Below, in pieces: positions 1 through 10,768 of a DNA stretch of 64,000 nt. Source of the stretch: an uncultured Colwellia sp. (GTDB lineage: Bacteria > Pseudomonadota > Gammaproteobacteria > Enterobacterales > Alteromonadaceae). Every line of letters begins with the position of its first letter. Position 1 is the first letter of the stretch. Made by a program: the position numbers and the translations under genes. The notes under the pieces were generated by a model. It saw nothing but the letters and a program-made list of their open reading frames with translations. It searched no databases and was not told the DNA's origin. The DNA lies in contig CAJXQJ010000014.1 in assembly GCA_913058245.1 (NCBI GenBank), positions 8,535 through 72,534 of the forward strand. Direction: 5' to 3'.

Positions 1-217
1 CTTGTAAACGCTTTTCGATCTGAGGCCTAGCACCATGTATCAATACCAACTTAACCCCTAAACTTCTTAGCAAAGCAATATCATGAATAATATTGGCAAA
101 ATTAGGGTGCTCAACAGCATCACCACCAAACATCAATACAAATTTTTTGCCTCGATGAGCATTTATATACGGTGCGGCATTTCTAAACCATTTAACATTA
201 TCTTCGTTACTATTCAT
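1..217 (-). CDS. argA: Amino-acid N-acetyltransferase (N-acetylglutamate synthase), 5' part only; runs off the left edge
   Basis: Hand translation from ATG at 217: [72 protein letters not shown], the classic ArgA N-terminus. Directly downstream of argH. Not in the ORF track. Confidence 0.95.
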   Translation of the reverse strand, partial: MNSNEDNVKWFRNAAPYINAHRGKKFVLMFGGDAVEHPNFANIIHDIALLRSLGVKLVLIHGARPQIEKRLQ

Positions 218-254
218 AATCGCTAACTACAGGTTACTCTTTACTGAAGTCCGT

Positions 255-2222
255 TTAACATTGCACTGAAATAGGGCAGCGCTGAACATTATATTCCATC
301 GCTACTTCATCAGCCGGGTCTTTGTGCGGGCTTTGCTCGCTGTCTTCAATAATATTGTCAGCCAATGAGTTCTTATCAATTAAGTTAAAACCTAATTGCG
401 CAAAATAATTTGGAATATAAGTCAGAGCAATAACTTTTTGTAACTCAATTTGATGAGCAAATTCAAGTAAGTATTGAACCAATGCTCGCCCCTGCCCTTG
501 CTGGTGTGTTGCTTTATCAACAACCACTGAGCGAATCTCTGCTAACCCTGTTTGATAAATATACAATGAGGCACAACCAACGACTTTACCGTCTACTTCG
601 GCAACAACAAAATTTTGTATATCGTGAATAGTATTGTCACGACTGCGAGGGAGTATCTCTCCTTGCTCTGCCCAGTAGCTGACAAGTGAAAAGATGCTCT
701 CTACATCTGACATTCTGGCACGACGCACAGACATTGCTGCAGCACGTTGTGCATTTAAACGTTGTTTCACTTGCTTCAAAGTTAAATTAATTTGAGCTTT
801 ACTTGGCGCGCCTAATACTTGGGTATTTAGAGTGTCTTCGTTATCTGACAAGCCATTTGGAGACTGAATATCAGCTAAAGCTTTTTCAACTTGCACACGT
901 GACGTTCCACCTAGCGCTGCTCTTTTATCTAAGCATGACTCTATGGAAAGATGCTGGTAAACATCTTGTTCAATTTTGTCACTAAACTGCTGCAATTGTG
1001 CTATGGAAAAATCTTCTAGCGCGTGACCAGCATCAATTGCTGCCAGCACGACTTCACCAACAATATGATGTGCCTCTCGAAATGGAATATCTTTACTGAC
1101 TAAATAATCAGCGAGTTCAGTTGAATTAGCATAACCTTGCTGCGCGGCTGCTAATGTTCTGACGCGATTAACTTTTAAACCTTCAGCAACCAAAACCGCC
1201 ATTTGCATACACTCTTGCCACGTATCTAGCGCATCAAATAAACCTTCTTTGTCTTCTTGCATATCTTTGTTGTAGGCAAGGGGGAGCGCTTTCATCGTCA
1301 TCATCATACCCGTCAACGACCCCATGACACGACCCGCTTTGCCACGCAATAACTCACAAGCATCAGGGTTCTTCTTTTGTGGCATAAGTGACGAACCAGA
1401 GCTAACTAAATCGCTCATTTCAACAAAGCCAGCTTCACCCGAATTGTAGAAAATAAGATCTTCGGCAAAACGCGATAAATGCATCATCGAGATACTCGCA
1501 GTCGATAGTAGTTCAATAACATGATCACGGTCAGAAACCGCATCTAAACTATTTAACGTGGCACTACGAAAACCAAGGTTATGTGCTAATTGCTCGCGAT
1601 CAATCGGATAAGCAGTCCCCGCTAAAGCACCAGAGCCAAGTGGCGAAGTATCTGCACGATATAAAGCATCTTTTAGTCGCCCAATATCACGGTTAAACAT
1701 TTCAACATACGCTAAGCACCAATGACCAAAGGTTACTGGTTGTGCGCGCTGTAAATGGGTATAACCCGGCAGAACTGTGTTACGTTCGCGCTCTGCAAGA
1801 TCTAGCATCGCTTGCTGCAAATTCACTAACGCATACAACAAGTCACTGCCAGTCTCTTTACACCACAGTTTCAAATCAGTTGCTACTTGGTCATTTCGAC
1901 TACGGCCAGTGTGCAGCTTTTTACCTAAATCACCAGTTTTCTCAATTAAGTTAATTTCAACCCAACTATGAATATCTTCAGCATCTGAGGCTAAAATTTG
2001 TTGTGGATTTTCTTCTACTGACGCCTTTAGCTCCAACAATGCTGATTTTAATGATAAAAACTCAGCTTGTGATAATACATCAACAGTCGTTAATGCTTCA
2101 GCCCAAGCGATTGAGCCAACAATATCTTGCACCGCCATACGATAATCAACAGGTAAAGAGTCATTAAACTTCTTGAACTGTACACTGGCTTGTTCTTTAA
2201 AACGCCCGCCCCATAACGCCAT
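255..2222 (-). CDS. argH: Argininosuccinate lyase fused to a C-terminal GNAT domain (ArgH(A)-type)
   Basis: MALWGGRF start, HTGRSRNDQ and [12 protein letters not shown] signatures. About 160 extra C-terminal residues with GNAT features ([15 protein letters not shown]). Confidence 0.96.
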   Translation of the reverse strand: MALWGGRFKEQASVQFKKFNDSLPVDYRMAVQDIVGSIAWAEALTTVDVLSQAEFLSLKSALLELKASVEENPQQILASDAEDIHSWVEINLIEKTGDLGKKLHTGRSRNDQVATDLKLWCKETGSDLLYALVNLQQAMLDLAERERNTVLPGYTHLQRAQPVTFGHWCLAYVEMFNRDIGRLKDALYRADTSPLGSGALAGTAYPIDREQLAHNLGFRSATLNSLDAVSDRDHVIELLSTASISMMHLSRFAEDLIFYNSGEAGFVEMSDLVSSGSSLMPQKKNPDACELLRGKAGRVMGSLTGMMMTMKALPLAYNKDMQEDKEGLFDALDTWQECMQMAVLVAEGLKVNRVRTLAAAQQGYANSTELADYLVSKDIPFREAHHIVGEVVLAAIDAGHALEDFSIAQLQQFSDKIEQDVYQHLSIESCLDKRAALGGTSRVQVEKALADIQSPNGLSDNEDTLNTQVLGAPSKAQINLTLKQVKQRLNAQRAAAMSVRRARMSDVESIFSLVSYWAEQGEILPRSRDNTIHDIQNFVVAEVDGKVVGCASLYIYQTGLAEIRSVVVDKATHQQGQGRALVQYLLEFAHQIELQKVIALTYIPNYFAQLGFNLIDKNSLADNIIEDSEQSPHKDPADEVAMEYNVQRCPISVQC

Positions 2223-2240
2223 GATAACTTCCTCTACCCT

Positions 2241-3485
2241 TTATTTATCGTTACTAACAACGGAGTCTGCTTGATGAAGCGCTTCAATTCTGCTTGATAA
2301 ACTAAACAAACGAATAAAACCTTCGGCATGTTTTTGGTCATAAACATCATCTGCACCAAATGTTGCAAACTCTTCTGAGTATAGGCTGTTCGGCGAACGA
2401 CGTTGAGTGACCTGTGCCATACCTTTATAAAGCTTAACGACAACATCACCTGTGACTTTTTCCGCAAATGACGCGGCAGCGGCAAGCTGTGCTTTTGCCA
2501 ATGGTGTAAACCAGCGGCCATCATAAATAACGTGAGAAAATTCATGCCCAACTGCTTCACGGTATTTTAGCGATTCCTTATCTAGAATTAATGACTCTAG
2601 TCCTTTATAGGCTGCCATTAATACAGTACCACCTGGTGTTTCATAACAACCACGTGATTTCATACCCACTAAACGGTTTTCAACAATATCTATGCGACCA
2701 ACACCATGTGCGGCAGCTTTATCATTTAGGTACATTAATGATTGATACGCCGACATTGGCTGGCCATCAACGGCTACCAACTCACCTTGCTCAAAACTAA
2801 GCATAACTTTGCCCGCTTCATCTGGCGCTTCTTGTGGGTCAACGGTCATAGTCCACACTTCTTTTGATGGTTCACACCATGGATCTTCTAATTCACCACC
2901 TTCATGTGAAATATGCCAAGCGTTTGCGTCACGACTATAAATTTTTGTTAATGAAGCTGCACAAGGAATATTGCGCTCAGCAAGATAAGCTAATAAATCT
3001 TCCCGAGAAACCATATCCCATTCACGCCAAGGTGCAATCACGGTGAGTTGCGGCGCAAGTGCGGCAAAACATGACTCAAAACGAACTTGGTCATTACCCT
3101 TACCAGTACAGCCATGACAAACCGCATCGGCACCCACTTTTAAGGCAACTTCAATATGCGCTTTAGCAATCACAGGACGTGCCATAGATGTACCTAGTAA
3201 ATATTGTCCTTCATATACCGCACCAGTTTTAATTATTGGATAGATATAGTCTTTCACATATTCTTCTTTCAGATCGACAACATGACACTCAGACGCGCCA
3301 GATGCGATCGCCTTTTCTTTAATGCCCTCAAGCTCTTCATCGCCTTGGCCAACATCAGCACAAAACGCTACCACTTCACAGCCGTCATAATTTTCTTTCA
3401 ACCACGGGATAATTGCTGATGTATCTAAACCACCAGAATAGGCTAATACGACTTTCTTAATTGGTTTCTTTGCTGCTAATGCCAT
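2241..3485 (-). CDS. argG: Argininosuccinate synthase
   Basis: [23 protein letters not shown] and [10 protein letters not shown] motifs. Start moved to the ATG at 3485, which follows an AGGA RBS. Confidence 0.97.
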   Translation of the reverse strand: MALAAKKPIKKVVLAYSGGLDTSAIIPWLKENYDGCEVVAFCADVGQGDEELEGIKEKAIASGASECHVVDLKEEYVKDYIYPIIKTGAVYEGQYLLGTSMARPVIAKAHIEVALKVGADAVCHGCTGKGNDQVRFESCFAALAPQLTVIAPWREWDMVSREDLLAYLAERNIPCAASLTKIYSRDANAWHISHEGGELEDPWCEPSKEVWTMTVDPQEAPDEAGKVMLSFEQGELVAVDGQPMSAYQSLMYLNDKAAAHGVGRIDIVENRLVGMKSRGCYETPGGTVLMAAYKGLESLILDKESLKYREAVGHEFSHVIYDGRWFTPLAKAQLAAAASFAEKVTGDVVVKLYKGMAQVTQRRSPNSLYSEEFATFGADDVYDQKHAEGFIRLFSLSSRIEALHQADSVVSNDK

Positions 3486-3594
3486 GACTTTTTCCTTAAC
3501 AAAATTCTTTGATATATCGAGCATCATCTTTTGGCTCAATAACTAATATTTTTAAAACTAGTAACTTTCGCTACAATTAGGCTTTCATCTACTG

Positions 3595-4530
3595 TTAGTT
3601 GCTTGCCAACAAGGTTACTAACACCGCGTTTTGCGCCCACATGCGATTTTCCGCCGACTGAAAAACTACCGACATATCACTGTCAAACAACTCAGTGGTA
3701 ATCTCTTCTTCAAGGTGAGCGGGTTGGCAATGCATCACAGTGCTAGCCCCCGTTGCTACCATTAATTGATGATTGACTTGATACGAAGCAAATTTTTCTA
3801 ATATCACTGCTTTCTGGCTAGGGTTTTCATCACCCATAGATACCCAAGTATCTGTGTAAATAACATCTTGTTGACCAATAGCATTGATGTCTGAAATGCT
3901 ATTGAACATAGCGCCACTATTTTTTGCCAAGGTTTTCGCTTTCATAAGCATGTCTGCTGCTGGCCCATGTCCTTCAGGACAAACTAAGGTAAAATCGACG
4001 CCAACTGTCGCCGCCATTAACATTAATGAATTGGAAACATTATTAGCATCACCGACATAAGCCAATTTTACTTGTGATAGGTCAGCGAAGTTTTCTGCTA
4101 AAGTGACAAAATCAGCCAGAGCTTGGCACGGGTGATATAAATCGCAAAGAGCATTAATTACCGGCACACTTGCATGGTGCGCTAATTGTTCAATAGACTC
4201 GTTACTAAAAACACGTGCCACAATTGTATCGGTATAACACGATAAGTTTTTGGCGTAATCACTCACTCGCTCTCTTTCGCCGAGTTTGCCATTTTGTTGG
4301 CCTAAATAAAGTGCATGGCCACCAAGCTTATTAATACCAAGATCAAAACTGACATGCGTTCTTAATGACGGCTTTTCGAAAATCATCGCCACCGACTTAC
4401 CTGCTAATGCTTGACTATAGTTTTCAGGTTGTTGCTTGATATCTCTAGCGAGGGTAATTAAATCTAATATCTGTACCTTTGAAAGCTGATCATCAGCTAA
4501 ATAGTGTTGTAAGTTCATCAAAGTGGTCAT
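3595..4530 (-). CDS. argF: Ornithine carbamoyltransferase
   Basis: FEKPSLRT, HPCQALAD, YTDTWVSMG and HCQP motifs; inside the arg operon. Confidence 0.93.
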   Translation of the reverse strand: MTTLMNLQHYLADDQLSKVQILDLITLARDIKQQPENYSQALAGKSVAMIFEKPSLRTHVSFDLGINKLGGHALYLGQQNGKLGERERVSDYAKNLSCYTDTIVARVFSNESIEQLAHHASVPVINALCDLYHPCQALADFVTLAENFADLSQVKLAYVGDANNVSNSLMLMAATVGVDFTLVCPEGHGPAADMLMKAKTLAKNSGAMFNSISDINAIGQQDVIYTDTWVSMGDENPSQKAVILEKFASYQVNHQLMVATGASTVMHCQPAHLEEEITTELFDSDMSVVFQSAENRMWAQNAVLVTLLASN

Positions 4531-4580
4531 GGTTGTTCCTGTGCGAAAAATTTATTAAAAAACGAAATATCACGGCAAAA

Positions 4581-5372
4581 CTAAGTAAAGCTTGGCTGTA
4601 TGCGGGTACCAATATTGGCTCCGTTGAGCAAATCAACAATTTGCTCAGGCGATTGCCAACTGGCAACCGCGATACTTCGTCGTAATTTATTCGCTGCCTG
4701 CAGTGCTGCGTTAACTTTGGCTGTCATACCGCCAGCAATAACGCCACTGCTGATCAACTCTTGCGCCAATTGTTGGTCAAGTGAACTAAGGTATTTGCCA
4801 GCACCATCTTTAACACCATTAACATCTGTTAATAGTACTAACTCAGCATTGAGTAACTGGCATATTGCAACGGCTGCGTCATCCGCATTGACATTAACTA
4901 ATTCACCATTTTCTAATGCGCCGATAGATGAAATAATCGGCAGAAATTTGGCTTTAAGTAGAGTGTCTAATAAAGCACTGTTATAAGGGTACGGCACCCC
5001 AACTTGACCTAGTTGCATTGGGCTAAGCTGACATTGCACCATTTCGCCATCAACTAATGACAAGCCTACAGCTGGTAATTTTAAGCTTGCCGCGCTTGCC
5101 ACAATCGCTTTATTGACATTACCCGCCAGTGCGCCGCTGATCATTGGCATTTGTGCTTTTGGCGTAACACGTAAGCCGTGTTTTTTCTCAGTAACAAAAC
5201 CTGCTTGCGCTAACATTTCATCAACAATACAACCGCCGCCATGAACTAAAACAACCGGTTGATTGTTCAAACTTGCAATGACAGTCAGTAGCGCGTTTAA
5301 CGCGGCAACCTTACCTTGGCTATAACCATCAAGAATTGCACCGCCTATTTTTATCACTATAGGTTTATTCAT
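4581..5372 (-). CDS. argB: Acetylglutamate kinase
   Basis: VIKIGG, VHGGG, NVNAD and GGMTAKV motifs. Start placed at ATG 5372, overlapping the argC stop. Confidence 0.95.
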   Translation of the reverse strand: MNKPIVIKIGGAILDGYSQGKVAALNALLTVIASLNNQPVVLVHGGGCIVDEMLAQAGFVTEKKHGLRVTPKAQMPMISGALAGNVNKAIVASAASLKLPAVGLSLVDGEMVQCQLSPMQLGQVGVPYPYNSALLDTLLKAKFLPIISSIGALENGELVNVNADDAAVAICQLLNAELVLLTDVNGVKDGAGKYLSSLDQQLAQELISSGVIAGGMTAKVNAALQAANKLRRSIAVASWQSPEQIVDLLNGANIGTRIQPSFT

Positions 5373-6408
5373 GGCTTGCTCCGTTGGGTAGCAAGCTATA
5401 TTCACTTGGCAGCCCTAAACTAATATTGGCACACTGAATTGCTTGTGAAGCAGCACCTTTTAACAAGTTGTCAATTGCACAACTCACAACAAGAACCTGT
5501 TTTTCTTCATCTACTTGCCAATGAATATCGGCAAACGGTGTATGAGCAACATTGTCAATTTTTGGCCAACTTGACACTAATCTAACCAGCGGTTGATCTT
5601 GATAAGCTTCATAGAAGGCAGCATTAATTTGTGCTGTATTAACCCCAGTTTTCAGCTGTAACGTAACCGTTGCTAACAAGCCCCTTTTGTAAGGTGCTAA
5701 ATGCGGGTTAAAGATCACCTCCGCCTGTGCTTCTTGGCTAATTTCCGGCTGATGTCTGTGCTGTAAAATATTGTAGGGTGTTAAACTAACTTCATAAAAG
5801 CTGGTGGCTAAAGACGCCTTTCTACCTGCACCGCTAACACCACTAATACCATTAATAACAATTAGTGAATTTTCGATATGTAATTGTTTATCGGTTATTG
5901 GTTTTAGTGCTAAAAGACTTGCGGTTGGGTAACAACCAGGTACAGCAATTAGATGACTATTAACGATTTCATCTGCTTGCCATTCAGCTAAGCCATATTG
6001 CGCTTGTTGTAATGCGGCAATTGAATGATGCTCAAAACCATAGTGAATAGGATATTGGCTTGGGTCTTTTAAACGAAAGCCACCTGATAAATCGTATACT
6101 TTTACTTTAGCTTCAATAAAAGCCTGTGCCCATTGCGCACTGAAGTCATGGGGAGTAGCAAAAAAAACGGCATCAATATTGTGGCTTTCAATAGCAATAT
6201 GTTGTTCAAACCATTGCGGAGAAAAAGAATGCAGGGGTAATGCACATATCCCCTGCCAGCGAGCATGTAATTCCGCAAAAGTTTTACCACTAGAATCACT
6301 GTGTTCTGATACCAACAAATACTGTATCGAAATTTTATCGTGTTGTGTTAATAAGCCGATTAACTCAGCTCCAACATAACCGCTTGCACCTATTACTACG
6401 ACATTCAT
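5365..6408 (-). CDS. argC: N-acetyl-gamma-glutamyl-phosphate reductase
   Basis: GASGYVG, VPGCYPT, SGVSGAGR and DNLLKGAASQA motifs. Confidence 0.97.
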   Translation of the reverse strand: MNVVVIGASGYVGAELIGLLTQHDKISIQYLLVSEHSDSSGKTFAELHARWQGICALPLHSFSPQWFEQHIAIESHNIDAVFFATPHDFSAQWAQAFIEAKVKVYDLSGGFRLKDPSQYPIHYGFEHHSIAALQQAQYGLAEWQADEIVNSHLIAVPGCYPTASLLALKPITDKQLHIENSLIVINGISGVSGAGRKASLATSFYEVSLTPYNILQHRHQPEISQEAQAEVIFNPHLAPYKRGLLATVTLQLKTGVNTAQINAAFYEAYQDQPLVRLVSSWPKIDNVAHTPFADIHWQVDEEKQVLVVSCAIDNLLKGAASQAIQCANISLGLPSEYSLLPNGASHE

Positions 6409-6480
6409 TAATTTTCCACTTTACATTAACTTAAGGCTAATTTTAGAATTTACCGTCAACGTTGTTATTCATACGTCAAA

Positions 6481-6498
6481 TTTGCAATTCTATTCAAC
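6481..6498. promoter_or_regulatory. Putative ArgR box in the divergent argC-argE region
   Basis: TTTGCAATTCTATTCAAC approximates the ARG consensus WNTGNATWWWWATNCANW. Further TGAATA half-sites lie near 6575-6605. Confidence 0.55.
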
Positions 6499-6734
6499 TA
6501 TCACTATTTGATTTCACTAACGAAACAGAAATTTCACTGCTTATTTTTAAAATCAACACTTACAAGATCTAATATGAATACTATCGTCGTCGGCTAGTTG
6601 AATACATTACAAACTTTTTCATAGTGTGCTTTAATTAGGCTATTTACATTGTGCAGCTAAAGTATCACTATACAACTAACTATGCAACTAATTAGCATAA
6701 CTACCCAGTTAAATATTTTTAGGTGATTCATCCC

Positions 6735-7895
6735 ATGCAGAAAAATAAAAAAAGCTTACCTAACTTTAGCCAAGCCATTAGCCAGCTAATCGCCTTACCA
6801 AGCATTAGCTCATCGCAAGCTAGTTGGGACCAGAGTAATCAGCAAGTTATTGATTTGCTCGCGGCATGGTTCGAAACGTTAGGTTTTAGTATTAATGTTC
6901 AGATGGTGCCAAATGCTGTTGGCAAATATAACTTATTGGCCAAACTAGGCTCTGGGCAAGGTGGCTTATTGTTAGCAGGACATAGTGATACAGTGCCTTT
7001 TGATGAAGACAGGTGGTTATCAGATCCGTTAAAAATAACTGACCGTGATAACAAACTATTTGGCTTAGGTAGTTGTGATATGAAGGGTTTTTTCGCCTTT
7101 ATTTTACAAGCCTGTTTAAAAATAGATCCTGCAAAACTAACTAAACCGCTATATGTTTTAGCCACCGCAGATGAAGAAACTACCATGGCTGGCGCACGTT
7201 TCTTCGCCAATAACAGTGAAATTAAACCTGATGTTGCCATAATTGGAGAGCCGACCAACTTAGTACCCGTAGTAATGCACAAGGGCCATATGTCGCATAA
7301 AATTACCATTAAAGGGCAAGCTGGCCATTCTAGCCAACCGAGTAATGGGGTAAATGCAATAGAAATAATACACCAAGTTATTAGCCAATTATTTAAACTG
7401 AAAGAGCAACTAGAAAATAATTACCAAAACACGGCATTTGACGTACAGGCACCGACATTAAATTTAGGTGCTATTCACGGCGGCGATAATGCTAATAGAA
7501 TTTGCGGCCATTGTGAGTTAGATATAGATATACGTTCATTACCGGGAATGAAAGATAGCGATTTAGTTGCATGGTTAGCTGAGATACTAGCGCCTATTGC
7601 TAAAAAATATCCTGGCCGCTTAACCATTACAGAACTTGATCCAAGTTCGCCCAGTTTTGAACAAGCTAGTGAAAGTGAATTGGTATTAACATCAGAGAAA
7701 TTTTCAGGTCATAAATGTTGTGCGGTAAATTACGCCACTGAGGCACCATTTATTCAACAACTTGGCTGCCAAACAATCGTAATGGGACCTGGTTCCATCA
7801 AGCAAGCACATCAGCCTAATGAGTACTTAGCTCACAGCGAAATAATTAAAACCGAACAATTGTTAGCAAGGTTGATAAAGCATTATTGTTATTAG
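6735..7895 (+). CDS. argE: Acetylornithine deacetylase
   Basis: M20 motifs AGHSDTVP, GSCDMKG, ADEE, GEPT and AHQPNEY; divergent from argC. Confidence 0.95.
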   Translation: MQKNKKSLPNFSQAISQLIALPSISSSQASWDQSNQQVIDLLAAWFETLGFSINVQMVPNAVGKYNLLAKLGSGQGGLLLAGHSDTVPFDEDRWLSDPLKITDRDNKLFGLGSCDMKGFFAFILQACLKIDPAKLTKPLYVLATADEETTMAGARFFANNSEIKPDVAIIGEPTNLVPVVMHKGHMSHKITIKGQAGHSSQPSNGVNAIEIIHQVISQLFKLKEQLENNYQNTAFDVQAPTLNLGAIHGGDNANRICGHCELDIDIRSLPGMKDSDLVAWLAEILAPIAKKYPGRLTITELDPSSPSFEQASESELVLTSEKFSGHKCCAVNYATEAPFIQQLGCQTIVMGPGSIKQAHQPNEYLAHSEIIKTEQLLARLIKHYCY

Positions 7896-7937
7896 GTGAT
7901 TACAAGCAAATGTTTTAAATGTGTGAAATACGCCCAG

Positions 7938-9386
7938 CTACCTTGGGCGATTCCACAATTTTTGATGGTTTTTCGTTGAAAAATATTCAGTTGGCTGCCA
8001 ACACCTAGGTAATAAGTCTAAACTCTGACGTTCTTGATAATTTGACGACAATAGTTCTAAAATTTCATTCAGACGTTCTTTGCTAATACTGGAGAATTTC
8101 TTTGCTGTTTCTACGTAATATAGATTGCCGCCTTTCTTAACAGTAATATCATGACCATGGCCAATAAAAGTTAAATTACGTGTCGCTGAGCGACAAATTG
8201 GCTCTTCTGGATGCTCTGGGTACAACTGAGTAACCACACCATACTCGTAACGATCATTATCATCAGCTTCACCTGGTATATAAGTAATGCCATAACCTTG
8301 TGGGAAAACACCGGTAATTTCATACAGTAAATCAACAATATCTTTGCGGCAAATGCCACGCTCAGCATTTTGATATAGTGCTTGATAAACTTTTGGCAAT
8401 AATTTGTAGTTATAACTGTCTTTGGTTGATAAAACGATGGAGGTATATATTTGTGGTACTTTTAATAAATTACCTAAACCTTGTTTAGGCTGGACACTAC
8501 TTTTTAGCAGCTGTTTAATAAATAACAGCTTACTAGCTTCTGTTTTATTAAATTTATCGCGCTCGGCTTTCGAGTTGCCCAAATACATACCAGCGCCAAT
8601 ACCATCAACCAGGTACTTCACTGTTTCACGATAATTTATTTGTAATAAGGCTTTACGCTCTTCTACTTTCAGGGTTCTAAAATTATCACTTTGATTGTCA
8701 TCCCCACGAATAATTTTTTGTGCATCAGGGTGATAATTACCAATATCTTGTAATATCGCCGCCATTAATACCGGTACTTTAACCGTATCAATAAAGTGTT
8801 GATACAAAGCTTTATTTTCATTAACAATTTCAGTAAAACTTGCCGTCTCATGTTGCTGTATGACTTGGTCTATATAACTATTAGGTAATAACTTTTTCAA
8901 ACACAATTGATCCAGCAAACGTAATGTTAAAATTCCTTTGTATAAAGGCTTATTAACTTCATTGGCAACGGCAACCTTTTTACCTTCCGTAGGCGATAGC
9001 AGCTGAATGGTACCCAGAACTTGTGCAGATTTTCGGTGAGTTTCACTAAAGCCTTCAGCTTCAGATAGTTCGATAATTTCACGGCATATAGTGTGTAAGT
9101 GCTGAAAGCGATCATGGCGTTCAAAAGCAAGCTCACGATGATATTCTTTTTGATCGCGTTCTAGTTTCTCTGCCCGTGCTAACGACTTGGGATCGGCTTT
9201 ACTTTTTTGTTCCGCAATATTACGCGCTAAATCATCCAACTTTAATTGGGTAAAATCACGTAAGTCATAATAGGCGATGGCGCGTTCCAATACTGAGTCT
9301 TTTGATGGACTACGACCATATATTTTGTTTAATAGCGTCTTCACTTGCTCTGTGAAGTTGGTATCACCTTTAGAGAATTTTGACAT
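7938..9386 (-). CDS. Hypothetical protein with degenerate HD / HD-GYP-like fold
   Basis: 482-aa ORF. AAILQDIG resembles the HD motif (AALLHDIG), and GVFPQGYG resembles the HD-GYP C-terminal extension. Confidence 0.55.
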   Translation of the reverse strand: MSKFSKGDTNFTEQVKTLLNKIYGRSPSKDSVLERAIAYYDLRDFTQLKLDDLARNIAEQKSKADPKSLARAEKLERDQKEYHRELAFERHDRFQHLHTICREIIELSEAEGFSETHRKSAQVLGTIQLLSPTEGKKVAVANEVNKPLYKGILTLRLLDQLCLKKLLPNSYIDQVIQQHETASFTEIVNENKALYQHFIDTVKVPVLMAAILQDIGNYHPDAQKIIRGDDNQSDNFRTLKVEERKALLQINYRETVKYLVDGIGAGMYLGNSKAERDKFNKTEASKLLFIKQLLKSSVQPKQGLGNLLKVPQIYTSIVLSTKDSYNYKLLPKVYQALYQNAERGICRKDIVDLLYEITGVFPQGYGITYIPGEADDNDRYEYGVVTQLYPEHPEEPICRSATRNLTFIGHGHDITVKKGGNLYYVETAKKFSSISKERLNEILELLSSNYQERQSLDLLPRCWQPTEYFSTKNHQKLWNRPR

Positions 9387-9674
9387 ACGTTCCGTTATTT
9401 ACATCTAATCAATAATGACTAAACAGCTATAACTACTTTCCCCAATGCAACCTATCATTTTGGTCAAGTAACTAAAGTGTCCATGAATTTATAATATCAC
9501 GATAAGATTGATAATTTTACCAGAGCGACTATAACGATTAAATGATATTGAGCCAATCTATTATTTTAATTGAAGAATCAGCTTACCTTGATTCATATCA
9601 GCCATTAGAACATACTGCATACACATCATATTTTATATGTAACTATAAAAATTGTGTTTTTACTAAGGATAGAT

Positions 9675-9866
9675 ATGAGTTCACAAAACTTTAAAGAAAC
9701 ATTTAAAAGTGTCGGAGCTGCATTTTTTGGTGTACAAAGTGATAAGAATAGAGAAAGAGATTTTACTCACGGTAAATTTAGCTATTTTATTATCGCCGGT
9801 CTTATCGCTGTTGTGTTATTTATTGCAGCTTTAATCGCCATTGTTTCACTGGTAATGCCTAGTTAA
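9675..9866 (+). CDS. DUF2970-like small membrane protein
   Basis: SVGAAFFGVQSDKNRERDF motif followed by one TM helix; AAGGA RBS. Confidence 0.8.
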   Translation: MSSQNFKETFKSVGAAFFGVQSDKNRERDFTHGKFSYFIIAGLIAVVLFIAALIAIVSLVMPS

Positions 9867-9881
9867 GCGCAGTCAAGAATA

Positions 9882-10697
9882 TTAGTAAAGTGCCAGAAGT
9901 TCAGAAACTTTATTACGCTTATTTGCTTTTTGACTGATTGTTCTCGACACTTGAATTGAGTGTTGCTTTTTAGCATGCTCATATATTTTGCGTGTCCAAA
10001 TAGTATCGTGATTACTGATCAGTACAGCTATATTACGCTTTTTAGTCACTTCTTCAGCTGCATTGGCAAGGTCGGCTTGTTCATCTAAACCAAAACCATT
10101 ACCTGCATAACTGGTAAAACTAGCTGTTTTACTTAAAGGCACATATGGAGGATCGCAATAAATAACATCTCCCGATTTAGCATGTGCAAAGGTTTGTCGG
10201 TAACCATCGCAAATAAAAATGGCTTTAGTGGCTTTTTCAGCAAAAAAGTTTAATTCCGCCTCAGGGAAATATGGACGTTTATACTTACCAAACGGTACGT
10301 TATAGCCACCTGATTTATTATAACGACATAAGCCATTGTAACCATGACGATTCATATAAAGAAAAACAAGAGAGCGAAAATAGGGGTCGCTACTAGCGTT
10401 GAATTCTTTCCGTAATTGGTAATAGCTTTCTGCCTGATTATTTTCCGGTGAGAATAATCGACGAGCATCTTCAATAAATTTATCAGGGCTGCGCTGCAAA
10501 ATACGATACAGATTAATTAAATCTTGGTTGATATCGCTAAGCAAGTATTCGTCATAATCACTATTGAGAAAAACTGAACCAGCCCCGACAAAAGGTTCAA
10601 CAAGACGATTTCCCTTCGGTAACATGGTATTAATGACATCGCTTAGAGCGTATTTACCGCCTGCCCATTTTAAAAAAGCTCGATGTTTTTTCTTCAT
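9882..10697 (-). CDS. dam: DNA adenine methyltransferase
   Basis: KWAGGK, EPFVGAGSV and DPPY motifs; in the aroK-aroB-damX-dam context. Confidence 0.96.
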   Translation of the reverse strand: MKKKHRAFLKWAGGKYALSDVINTMLPKGNRLVEPFVGAGSVFLNSDYDEYLLSDINQDLINLYRILQRSPDKFIEDARRLFSPENNQAESYYQLRKEFNASSDPYFRSLVFLYMNRHGYNGLCRYNKSGGYNVPFGKYKRPYFPEAELNFFAEKATKAIFICDGYRQTFAHAKSGDVIYCDPPYVPLSKTASFTSYAGNGFGLDEQADLANAAEEVTKKRNIAVLISNHDTIWTRKIYEHAKKQHSIQVSRTISQKANKRNKVSELLALY

Positions 10698-10768
10698 GAT
10701 AACCCAAAGTTCAATAGCAGATAATTTACAGCTGAAAAGTAAGCGAGGATTGTATCCTGAATTACCTT

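Noticed and set aside
3595-4530. SLRT and HCQP variants suggesting an acetyl- or succinyl-ornithine transcarbamylase
   Set aside because: The DTWVSMG ornithine-binding loop is intact and, as I recall, these variants occur in ordinary OTCases of related marine bacteria.
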